Below the pieces are notes generated by a model. It did no database searches, was not told the origin of the DNA, and saw nothing but the letters and a program-made list of their open reading frames with translations. Positions 25,381-37,931 of a stretch of 64,000 nt of DNA are shown here, one piece after another; position 1 is the stretch's first letter; the number at the start of each line of letters is the position of its first letter. A program made the position numbers and the translations under genes. This DNA is from Trichoplax sp. H2 (Eukaryota), in contig NOWV01000131.1 of NCBI GenBank assembly GCA_003344405.1, positions 62,001 to 126,000 of the forward strand, written 5' to 3'.

Positions 25381-28140
25381 CTAGACCATCGTTGTTTTAT
25401 CCATCCTCTTCTTTTTATCGAAAATTTTTTCAATATCCGAAAACTTTTTACCTTTGGTTTCTGGTACACAGTAAAAGACAATAATTGCAATTAATACGTT
25501 GAGGCCTGTATAAAACCATAAACTCCCTTGGACTGATATTGCCTGTGCCAGCGGTAAAAAAGCGTAACTAGCAGCAAATGCTGCTAAAAAACCAACGCTA
25601 GCAGATAGTCCAGATGCCACACCACGTGCCCTGAGAGGCAGTATTTCGCTCATTATAGCGTATGCTAATCCTCCCCATGAAATATTAAATCCCAACACAT
25701 ATCCACATGTACTAATGAAGCTTAACCAAAGTAGATTTAATGACATTGCTTCTAATAAATAAAAGTAAACTCCCAATAGAGCTCCAGAAACAGTCATCAG
25801 CGCGCTACAACTTAATAGCAGTTTCACTCTACTAAATCGACCAGCCAAAGCATAGCCGACGCCACTACCAACAAATTGTGATATCGCCATAATCAAAATA
25901 ATCTAAGGGTAGAAAAATATTCATTCAGAAAATATAAGTTATGCTGAAAGAGAGCAATAAGACAACTAGATGATACGTTAGCAATGTATGCGTAGGCTGC
26001 CATGGTAATAAGCGTTTTTAGTTAGAAAACACTTACAGCATTAGTATCATGGACTAAAGCTACTATATCTGGTACAACTTTAATTATTAAAGCTCAATCA
26101 ATAATTATCCTTACCAGGCGAAAATCTTGAAAACCTGCCATTCGAAGTATGTACGGACAAAAGAATAAAACGGAATGAAAACCTGTCCATTTTTGAGCTA
26201 TAAGTAAGAATAGACTGATCAAGAATGGTTTTCGAACTGAAGGAGACCATAACTCCGAATATTTAATTTGTTGGCGGTGTTTCAAACTCTCAATTTCTGT
26301 TAGTTCAAAGTTGATGTTTGCTTCAGGTCCTCGAAGTCGTCTGTAATAGATCAACAAGATCACTGGTCAATATTACAAGTAGAAATCAACAGTAACAACT
26401 GTAATAGCTATTCAGCTGTAAAATCGTTTGCTACCTTAACGTATCAATAGCTGTTTTACGATAGCCATTAGCAATTAGCCAATGTGGTGATTCAGGCATA
26501 AATACCATTCCTATCGCTAATATGGTTGCGATTGCTTGTCCCGCTATTGCTGAGTATCTCCAAGTAGTAATCATGCCAATGGAAGCATTAAGAATATATC
26601 CAGTTGAAATGGCAAATTGAATAGACCCTCCGAGTAAACCACGCATTGAGGCAGTGGATATTTCCGACATGTAGACCTAAATTAGGGATGAGCTATAGTT
26701 TATAACTCTTTCAATAACTATCTACAATAATATGTTATACTACAATGTCTGTATAACATAGTGTTAATCTTACCGAGTAAGATACAGATGACATCCCAAG
26801 AGAAATACCTGTTAATATTCGGCCAGCAAGTAATGCTGTAACTGTCTGAGCAGACACAATTATAAACCATCCAATAGTAGCTGGTATGGAGAGTGTGATG
26901 AGAGTACATTGCCTGCCGAAATGATCTATCATCCTGCCAGCTATGATACTTCCGATAAAGGCACCCAACATAATTAGAGACTATATAACAGAAAGGATTG
27001 ACTCAATTTCCTTAAACATTCAATTAATTGACTACTAATCGATAGAAAATAACATTCTATCTGAAAGATGGGATTTTTAGTAACTGAAATTTAGTCCGTC
27101 GTATGAATTAATCATTGCAGTCGATTATGATTAGATGAGCAATTAAGTATTGCAATAGAATCGCTCGTTAATATACGGGTTTTAAGATACTAAAGGGATA
27201 AAATGAATTTAATCCTGTCTTGAAAGATGCAATTTTCGGTGATTGGAATTGAGTCAGTCAAATGAATTAGTCATTGTAGCTGATTAAGAAAATAGTTAAA
27301 TAGTACAATCGACTCATTCATCAATATACTTGTACTGATATAAAATAGACAATTTCTAGATAAAATGATATATTATGGATACATGTACACATTTCAATTT
27401 TGACTGATTAAACGGATAAAGTGAAATTGATCCGTTTTAAATGAACACAAATGGGAAGATCGCAAAAAATTGACTAGCAAAAACGTTACCAAAATCAAAT
27501 TGTTAATGGTTAATTTAATCGTTAACTGCGGTAATAATTAACGGAAAAGGTAATTAGAACAGAAAACAAAAGCTTGGACGTATCGTTGCACTAAATCACT
27601 TTTAGGCTTGGTGAATAAGTATATGAACTTGGATTAACAAGCTGAGATGGATATACAGTTAAATACTGTACAAGTATATTTGCAACATCTTTGTATTCGC
27701 TTAAGTGCTGTATTGCCTTGGTGTGACAGTTGCTGATTAAATATCTTTAGCTAATAATGAATTGGCAATGTACTGAAAGCTATGGCTCAATATAATAACA
27801 GTAGAATATACTGTAGTTTGGCACTACGTATACTTACACCAAACCAAGCCACAGAATTTTCACTTAATTCTATTTGAGCTTCATCGGTCGTCAACTGGGG
27901 TATAGCCAGCGCGGTATATCCTAGCATGTATCCAAAACTAACTAAACTAAGGGAAGCTATAGCAGTGGCAATAAATGGTATCTTATTTGAGGTAACATGA
28001 TGTTGCTTTTCCAAGGATCTTTTGTCATAGCCAATAAACGTTTCAGTTTTAGACGATGATTCAGGAGTTTTTATGGGAAATTTACTTTGCAATTTAATTT
28101 CTTTCATTGTGAATTTATGTTCTGTATTTTGAACTGACAT
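25381..28140 (-). CDS. GLUT8/Tret1-like sugar transporter paralog 4 (most divergent), about 499 aa, 5 coding exons
   Basis: Exons 28140-27838, 26980-26774, 26676-26435, 26340-26115, 25902-25381. GT-AG introns, phases 0,0,2,0, 1500 nt open. Motifs: DHFGRQ, YMSEIST, PESPHWL, PETKGK. C-terminus TTMV. Confidence 0.92.
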
Positions 28141-30803
28141 TGACGGTACCAACTCGATTTGATGTAGTCGAGATTTAATCTACTATTGATGAATTTATTG
28201 TATAAGACTGCAATGATTGCCATTGAATTAAATTAACATTTTTACTCTACTTATTAAAGCTTACTAGAAATTGTAAACTATTACTGAAGTAATGCCTTTA
28301 CTTAATGTCAACATAAAAGTCTCTGATATTATTTAAACCTGAAAATAGTTACATATGAGAGAGCAAGGAACTACTAAAAGTTGTATCATTCGCTAAGCCA
28401 ATAAGAACAATGATATAACTATACTCGTAGTTTTTTGACACAGATCTATTAACACTAAGCAGTAGTACTATGCAGTGTACAGTGGAGTACAACACTATAG
28501 CAGGTTAAAGTTTCCTTTAAGACTAAAACTATTGCACTGTAGTCAACAAATTCTAAACAAAATAGAAAGATAGATAAATAAATCTCATTCTTGGAGTCTG
28601 TTAGTTCTATTTTAGGGGCCTATCTTGCGAGTTAGTGGATACTGGCCAAGTGCAATCTCAATCAACACGTTTGTACACTATAACTAGAACTGAAATTGAA
28701 GGCCAAAGTTCATATATTGTATGTAAATGTCGTAACTTCTACGGTATTAAGTTGTTTGTTTTATGCTAAGATTATTGCATAAAAAGACCTACAATACTAG
28801 GATGGCCGCTGATACTATCTCATTAGGCATTCCAAATTCTGTATGTATGCATATACACTATACAGTGTTATACTGTATAATACATAATAGTTGATGGAGC
28901 GTATAGGTAAAAATTTCTCACAAGAAAACTCTACTTACTACTGTATTAAATGAAGACTTAATGATTACAACTTCATCATCAAGGCTGTAGAACTAATCTA
29001 TCATGGTGCATTATTTCTATGAAAATAGATACAAAATAGACGACTATTTTTGATATATTTACTATAGATAGAATTAACATGGGTGGAATTCCGTGGTAGC
29101 TGATGGAATAATTAGTGGCTTAAACTAATGATTGAGGCCCATACAATGCATAGTATATTTAGCGTATAGTAGCCAGCGTTGTTCACAATTAAATGTTTAA
29201 TGTTATAATGACTCTTTACCGAGACTTTTGCATACAAAGATACATATATACTATATTATGCAGTCATCAGCAACTCTTTAATTTAGTTTTTTTCAAATAA
29301 CTGAACAGCAATCGATCGTCTAGCGTTTTTGATATCCATGCTTTGATATGTAGTAGGAATGACTTAATTTGCCATGCAATGCAATTATCCGATAGGATGA
29401 AATAATACCATTTCTCTCTATTAGATTAAAATGATACTGTTAAAATTTAATTTAAACAATTCAGTGACAGTACTTATAATGATATGGACACACAAATTGC
29501 TTAACTTATTATACAATGCAATTCTTTGATAATATAAGTTAATACCGTCACTCCTTAACTGATTTAGATTACAATACTTAGTTTCTAATAGTTCAACGAT
29601 AACATCAATAATGATGTGGACAATGAATTATGTTATTACATGGAAGTAGAGGTCAGTATTATATTATAATCATTGGCTATATAGATGTATTCGATGGGAT
29701 CATTGTAGTACTGCACGATATTGATAACCATTTATCCAGGGTTAGTAATTTTACTGATAACTCTTTGTGGTTACTAACTCAAATTTGATCGTATATGGTA
29801 TCCGACATTCTTGTCCATTTTATTATTGTAATATTATACATTGCAAAGACTTAATCCTTCAGAAAAAAAACTAAGATAGTTGATATTAAATAATGACATA
29901 ATAGGATTAAATACAATGTTTATCATAGTAGAATGATATCGTAAAATACATCCATTTATCACATAACGTTTTATGTTAACAAAATATTCCCTTATCAAGT
30001 TTTTTTGCCATATATATAGTTCAACATACGTGGTATATTGTTATATATGCGAATATATGCATAATATCAGTATACTAACGGTAAATAAATCATTTCAGTA
30101 CTCAACATAAGCATTCGATATGTTGTATCTCAATAATTCAATAATATAGTAATATAATATGATATGGTGGTTAAGTCGAGGAGCAATATTAAAAATGTAG
30201 TGAAAAATAACTAACTAGATATAAAGAATGGTTATTAGAAATAAATGATCCCACTAGATTAATATGTCACATCTCTCTGTATATATGCAAATATATAAAT
30301 ATATATTAAATTAATGAATTATAGTGATTAAATATCTGATACACCAACAAATTCAATATTATAATATTGAATGGAACAGAGAACAAAGTTGATGTAGAGA
30401 GCAGCCACTAGTGATGAAACATTTCCACTGTACTGTATGTATGTATATATGAGTATTTATAATATTCAATTTTAGAAAATAGGCCAATTAAAATTTTGGA
30501 TACCAGATGTATAGTAGTACTGTGTATTTCGCATTGCTAAAAGATTAGTAAAAGACCACAATGTAGAATTGTACCATTACCTTAAATTCTGGCATTATAT
30601 TGCTACACTAGGCTATGTTACATCGTTTGGAACGCCATGAAGTGATGAAGTTGTATCGTATAGCATGGGACCAACAATGATCAACTAATTATGCCATGCA
30701 CAATGTTATATTATTTGGTCATGAACTTCTACAGTTAGCGAAATTCAAAGTATTACGCTAATCAGAAATTTAACCAGCAGTTATCAAATTATTTAGGTAT
30801 AAA

Positions 30804-33800
30804 TTATACCTCAGTAACTCGCTTTCCCATAGTTTTTTTAGAGTTAAAAAAATATTCAATCTCTTCTAAAGTTTTACCCTTTGTTTCAGGCACAAAAAAG
30901 TAAACGAAAAGTGCTCCTAATAGATTTAATGCACTAAAAACCCAAAAAGCTCCTTGACTACTAATTGCATTACTTAACGGAATGAATACATAACTAACGC
31001 CAAATCCTACAGACCAACCAAAGCAGGTACATAGCCCTCCAGCAGCGCCACGGGCTCTCGATGGTAGTATCTCAGATATCACAAGCAATGGAAGGCTACC
31101 CCAGGCAGAATTAAAAGCCACAAAGTAGACAAAAATACTTATTAGAGCTAACCAATTAAGGTTTATATCGTATAAAGATGTCAGTTGGAAGTAGAGGCCA
31201 AATGCAAAACAAGTAATAGACATGGCTGCAGCTGCAAAGGTTAATAGTAAAACTCTACCAAGGCGATCGACAAAGAAGCTCACGGCGATACTAGTTACCA
31301 ACTGTGATAAACTGGCTATAAGATTAACCTATCAAAAGGGGAAAAGATTTATAAATATAGTGTTTCAATTATAACGTTCACTAAATATCTCGACTTCGTA
31401 AAGTTTAGCTAATGAGCCTATCAGTCTGATATGTGATGAAAGGCTGTACCTAGAAGTGGAAAATACGTACTAATTTATAATTTAGCTTTATTTTTATATG
31501 TTTGCAAACATATCCTGAATTATATAATATTTTTTAGAATGTTCACCTTTCGATGAGAAGGTCATAACATTAGTTTGCTGCGTTAATATTGCACTGATTA
31601 ACGCAAGACAGATATAGGTTAAGGTATACGTTTAGTAGGGGAATATAAAATATGGGTTTGATATAATTAAAATATACAAATGTTGTGAAACCTATATGAT
31701 TGCGCTATTCTACGTATACTTGAATTTTAATAAAAATTTCGCTTGACTGTTTCTAATATCCAGTTCTATAATTTTTTTAATAGGTATTGTTAACATACGC
31801 GTATTTACCATATTGCTATTGTCGAAGCCAGCTTGGTTAAAGATGTAAATACAAAAAGGTAAAACTGCATTGATCCCACAAAGTTGTTGAAATGATATTA
31901 AGCCTATACTAAGAAGAAACGGTTTCTTTAAACCTGTAGAAAATAATTCCAAATAGCTAAATGGTTCAATATTATCCAAGTGATCTTGGATTTCTGATAA
32001 TTCGTAGTTAATAGGGACATCTGTTCCTCGCAAACGCCTTGAAACATGAAATACAGTAATTGTCATTATTATCTTTTATAGATACAAGCACGATAGCTGA
32101 TACGATCTACAATTTAGTTATAGGTGTAGTTATTAAAGCGAAGATTGGCTTTGTAAATGTAGCTATTGAAAATTTCTGAAGAAAAATTATTAGTTTAATA
32201 CAAGAATGTAAATAGCCTGGCCGTTAAATTATGCAAGAATAATAGTACTTCTTAAGAAATAGCATATAAATTCGCTTACTGCAAAGAGTCAAGACCAGAT
32301 CGCTTATAACCTTGCGATAGCAGCCATCGAGGTGTCTCCGGCATAAACATCATACAAATTCCTAATAAGGTAGCAATTATCTGGCCTACCAAAGCCAAGT
32401 AATTCCAGTTTATACCTAAAGCTAATCCAGCACCGAGTACATATCCAATGGTGACTCCAATTTGAAAAAAGGAACCAAAAAATCCCCGTACTTGGGCAGT
32501 AGAAATTTCAGCGATATAAACCTAGGCATAATGTATGCCAATAAAGGTTTGAATTTACATTAATTATCATTAACTACAAAGTTGGAAAGATTGCTATATT
32601 AAGAATTTTGTATCACATAATTATTTAATAATCTGTACGAAAATATACCGGATATGCCATTGTGGCCATACCAACAGAAAGACCGGTTAAAACCCGACCG
32701 ATGTAAAGACTTTGTATCGATTGAGCGTACATAATACACAACCAACCAACAGAAGATGGCACAGATATCAGAATAATGGCAGATTGCCTGCCATAATTTT
32801 CCATGATATGACCACTAATTAAACCGCCAGCCAATGCGCCGATTAGTGCTAGAGACTTGGAATTGTGATAGGAGAAAGTACTATTAGAAGAGTAAATCTG
32901 ATTATGATGATATTATGTCTTTACAAGATGAAAATATAATTAAGATCAAGATCATCTAAGGCTTATGAAACAAACTCGATTGGACTTTGATAACATCCTT
33001 ATAATTTTCACTTATTAAACAATATGGCTAAACTTCATAGAGTATATACATAGTTCTGTAAGGCCTTTTAAGACATGAGTGTTTTATCCTTAGAGTTATG
33101 TCTTCCTTTCTGACGATGTTAAACGGTAATAAGGATCAACGCTTGCAATTTTAGGCTTGTCATATTAGACAAATGTAACTACTGTAAAATCAAATTTAAT
33201 TTATTACTATGTGAGTACGTTCGGTAATTCTATTTGATGGTTCTGTCCTCTTTACATGATTGGGATAAGCAACATCACTGATCCAGTTATCAGAGATGGT
33301 AGTAAGAATCTTAAGATGCTCATATACAGTAATATACTAAGCTATGAATCAAGTGTCTAACTTAGACTAACTTAGATAGTATTAGCGCTATAGAAGACAA
33401 ATACAGCTTTTATTTCTTTCATAGCACACTATATAATTATATGACAGTAGTTGTACATCCATTTTAAGTTAATGTAGCTTTCTAAAGCCAATAATGGTTA
33501 TCATGTGCCGTATCTAAAGCGAAATAAAGTAACAATAGTTTTCTTGTTACTGATGATCTAATAAGATTACAAGGGCATTCAATTGCATAGAAGTAGTAAT
33601 TTAGAACGTAGACTATATCTTCTAATTTTAAGTTTTATTTGATGCTATTAAAATAAATTCTTGCAATATTACAATTACTGAATAGCTTTGTTTTGTATTT
33701 CTGTATCACCACATGACTTCTAGTGAAAAATTAAAAACTCATGAGAGAAGCTATACAATTGCATGGTCGATTGCAAAATATGGACATGGCAGGGGGTAAT

Positions 33801-35430
33801 GGATGAAAAATAACGCTGGTACATACAGTTATATATTGTAAAACAACGATGGAAGAATTAGGTAAATCATATAAGACGAAGCATTACGCTAATTAAACTG
33901 CGAAAATAGCAATTGTTATAAAATTAACGGTACTGCATTAAAATTCTGATTTCGTGACAGCTAATATTGTTGAGTAAATTTATCCCTTTTTATGTTAATA
34001 CTAATGTCGGGTTAGAGACTTTGTTTCTCTCTTCAAACTTATGAATGAACGAGTTTGACGACGATATGCTTATCAAGTAACATAGTATTGACGATAGCAA
34101 AGGAATAGTTCTAAACTAAATTAGCTTTGAAAGAGCAGTAAATGCCTATAAACATGAAAATTTGTCTTGACACTTAAGTATCAGGATGGAATATCTTTTC
34201 TCGAATATTAAATCATGGTTAGCAACAATACATCTGTATGAATCTATTATTAAAAATGTTCTGAACTAAGCCATAATTAACGCAAAAGTGTATGTTTGAC
34301 AAATTGAGCCTAAGAGAACGATTGAAAAAATAACGGTAATTCTGCTCTATTCACTATAGTGAAGAAAACTCTCAGATGATACGTTGGTGAATATTCCTTG
34401 CTGTATTTGCAAACTTTTTACAACTAATTGGTGCTTATACAATCGAATCCAATCGGGCGGTCTTACTATAGCGATAGTAATTATTGAATTATTGTTTTTA
34501 CTGTCGTGTACTCGCCAAAATAAGTTTCTTTTACTGTTTTATCTTTTTGGAGCACTATGTTACAACAAGAATATGTCAGGATAGATACACGATAAAACCA
34601 TTAATTGTCGGGAAAAAGCCCCAAAATACTCAGTAAATAAATTCTAAAATTTGCTTGAAAGCCATTTAAGGAGTTATATTGCAGTAAATTGTCTTAGATA
34701 TAACGCTGTCTACATGAATGGATTGTGTTAATAAACTGAAAGTTTAAGAGAAGAAGCGAAGCTATAACACTTATGTAATCTGAAAATCTCATTGGCATAT
34801 AGCAATTCTTACTACAGTGATAACTTTAACACTTTATGTATAGGCGACTTTTAAAATCTTGAGTAGAACAGTTTCCGATATAATAGAAAGGTGGACAGAG
34901 ATACGAAATTGTTAGTGGACAGAAAAGTAGATATACTTTAAGTAAATATATACCATAGCATAATATTTCTGTAAATGAAGGAAAACGTTTACTAAAAAAT
35001 TCTTATCTGGTACGGCATTAGATTAATGATAGACTTTCTAATTCAATTTTTTTAGAATGGGAGTATTTTAAAGGCTTGCCAACATTTTGTGCTTCAATAT
35101 TCCCTATAATATAAAAAGTTTCCTTACCCCGAACCATGCTGATGAATCTTCATCCAAGCGCAAAATGCCCGCTGATGGGAGCATCAGTTGAGGTATAGCT
35201 GGAGCAGCATATTCCAAGACAAATCCAAAATTGATTACGCTTAAACCCCCTATGACAGCAGATATAAACATCAATTTATGCGATACTATGCCAGATTTTG
35301 GCTTTTTGTCTTCGTCTATTCCGATGGTAGTGACATGTTTGGATGCTGTTTTATTGTAATAAATCGTTTTACTTTTTTTCTTTTTAACGTTCTTCTCTTC
35401 GATACTAGAATTATCGTTAATTCGAGTCAT
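30804..35430 (-). CDS. GLUT8/Tret1-like sugar transporter paralog 5, about 501 aa, 5 coding exons
   Basis: Exons 35430-35128, 32855-32649, 32521-32280, 32037-31809, 31328-30804. GT-AG introns, phases 0,0,2,0, 1506 nt open. Motifs: YIAEIST, PETPRWL, QQLCGINAV, DRLGR, PETKGKTLEEIE. C-terminus VTEV. Confidence 0.93.
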
Positions 35431-37931
35431 CGTTGCCAGGCATTTAAATTAAATTTCTAATTTTATGTGTGCGATTTTCTACAAAGTGATCGAACGAATC
35501 CAATGTCTTAGACGATGCTATTATAGACGTAGATTTAGATACTGCTTGACAACTATTTTATCCAATTTTCTTGAGGTTGTTATTTCTCTTCTTAATACTA
35601 TAATTTCATAGCCAATCAGATAAAGATGGATCTTTCACTACTTATTTTGGCCTTAGACTGAAAGGACTATTACATTCATTCGTTTATAATATAAGAACAA
35701 AGCTGTATAGTGTGAATTAAATTACTAGAATAGCAAGTACAATGATGCAATATTCAATCTGAGAAAAGACATTGATGTTCAAGTTGGGTCAAGATTTTAA
35801 ATAGAATAGGTTACAATTTACTATGTTAACTTGTATATAGTCTTATACATTAAAGCAATTTAATATTATTAGCTTTATATGGAGTACTTAAAGCTTGCTT
35901 GTATTTATTGTTAGGATTATTAAAGAATATAGCGTAGGTCTTTATGGCAGTAATATGCAATCATTGTCTGGCATACTGTTATGAATTGTATTAGCATAAA
36001 TTATACTATAAATTAATTAGATGGATAACAATTCAATTGAAGTAGTGTAGCAAGCACAAGTTATGAAATTATAACTGGTATAGCAACGGCTATAGTAAAT
36101 CACATACAGTAGCTACAGGATAGCATGCAGTAATATGTTCGTTAATCATATTCTTGTGTATCTGATGTGAACAGTATAGATCAATATTGTTAGATTGAAA
36201 TTACATAAGCATGATGATGATATTCCTGGGATTATATTATTGCCATTACTAATGTTTTATGGAAGTTACAAATCAGCCCATGATACATGATTTGCATAAA
36301 ATGATGATAAGCTAGCGCTCAATATTTATTTACAAACGTCTTTGAGAATTTACTACTATACGAAAGGCTATACAATAAGTCATTTTAAAATGGCTTCTAG
36401 CCTAAAAAGAGATCTACACATGAGTAGCTTTTATGGTATAGAAATTTACAGCAATAAATCGTGCTACTGAGCTATATTTCTTTCCTTTGCAGGGTTAATC
36501 GTTTATATGAAGTTTAACTATTAATTTATGTTAATGTATGAGGTTACTTGGCTACTAATATTATGGTAATATGAGTTGTAGGCACTTTTACGTGATGCAA
36601 TTGTTAGTATTACTTGACGCTTTACGCTGTTTTATGGTCTTTAGAATTTCTGGCAGATACTATTAAAAAGTTACTGCCAATGTTTAGTATCTCATATACT
36701 TAGTACAATAAAAAAATGTATGGAAGGTCCTAGGCCGTGATTGCGATACAATCTGAAGTTACGATAAGTTTTCTACGATATTATACTAGTTGCTTTGCTT
36801 TATCGACTAAGAATTATTGCTAAATATAGTCGAAATTTTCTTTGTAATAGGTACCAGGTTTATAAAAAGTTTAAATAGAATGAGATGAAGTTCTAGCTAA
36901 TATTTGCTAACATTTATATTAATTAATTGAATGATAATATAGAATTAAGATGTGTATTCTTAAAATTTTCATAGCTTAATAAGGTATACATTTTTACCAG
37001 CTTATAAAAAACCTGGCAGCTTGAAAGGCATTAACTTTAATATTCTTCATTTGATATTTGCGTAAGTAATTCTATGAAGTATTAATATATCAATTACAGT
37101 ACATTTATCAATACTGACATGTTATCTGTAGTCTAGCTGTTAATCCTGTCAGTTGTTTACCGAAAGTGACAATCTTCGAGGCGTAGAATAATGTGTATGA
37201 CGTTGTGCTATATGTCTGTGTGTTTGGTAACGATTCTGAAAGTAGATCGGAATCATTTAAATTTGTTCCAGTATGTAAAAGTTTGATTTAAAATCATTGC
37301 TTATGGAAGCGCTATACAGAAATATAAGGAGCTCTCATATGACTAGAAGCATTGGAAGTTGAAATTTTATCAGATGATGAAATTTCAAATATTAGACATT
37401 ACTGATGAAATAACTGTTGACAGAGGACATGAATACCCTTTCAAGATAAATTTTATTTATGAAAGAAAATAAAGTGTACAGTACAGTATACATATATAAG
37501 TGAGCTGAGCACAGCTCCACAAAATCTACCATTGCTTAATATAGAAAACAATATAACAAGATTCGTTCAGCCTATGAATAAAATTATTGAAGTCTGTAGC
37601 AGATTGGCGTTCAGATTATTAAGTGGTAAAAATGTCTTTATTTTGTATACATTTGTAGATGAATTCCACAGTGTCCATAGTGTTCTTGATTACATTACTG
37701 AGAGGAATCTATTGTGGTAAACAACATCAACTATTGAAATTGTGGTGACTATGATGATGTTATCGATTAAAATTGCGCCTTATTCCTAATTGATGATTAT
37801 ATGCTGTTCTGTATAACGGAGAGATACGAAGCTTTCATCAAAGTGGATTCAATTTAGAAAAATTTAAACTTTTTACGTTTTATGCTCATTGATAGTGAAA
37901 TTAATCAAGGCATTTAACAAATGGCTAGAGG

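Noticed and set aside
25381-28140. Paralog 4 as a pseudogene because of lost sugar-binding residues
   Set aside because: All five exons splice into an intact 499-aa frame with canonical splice sites and conserved structural motifs.
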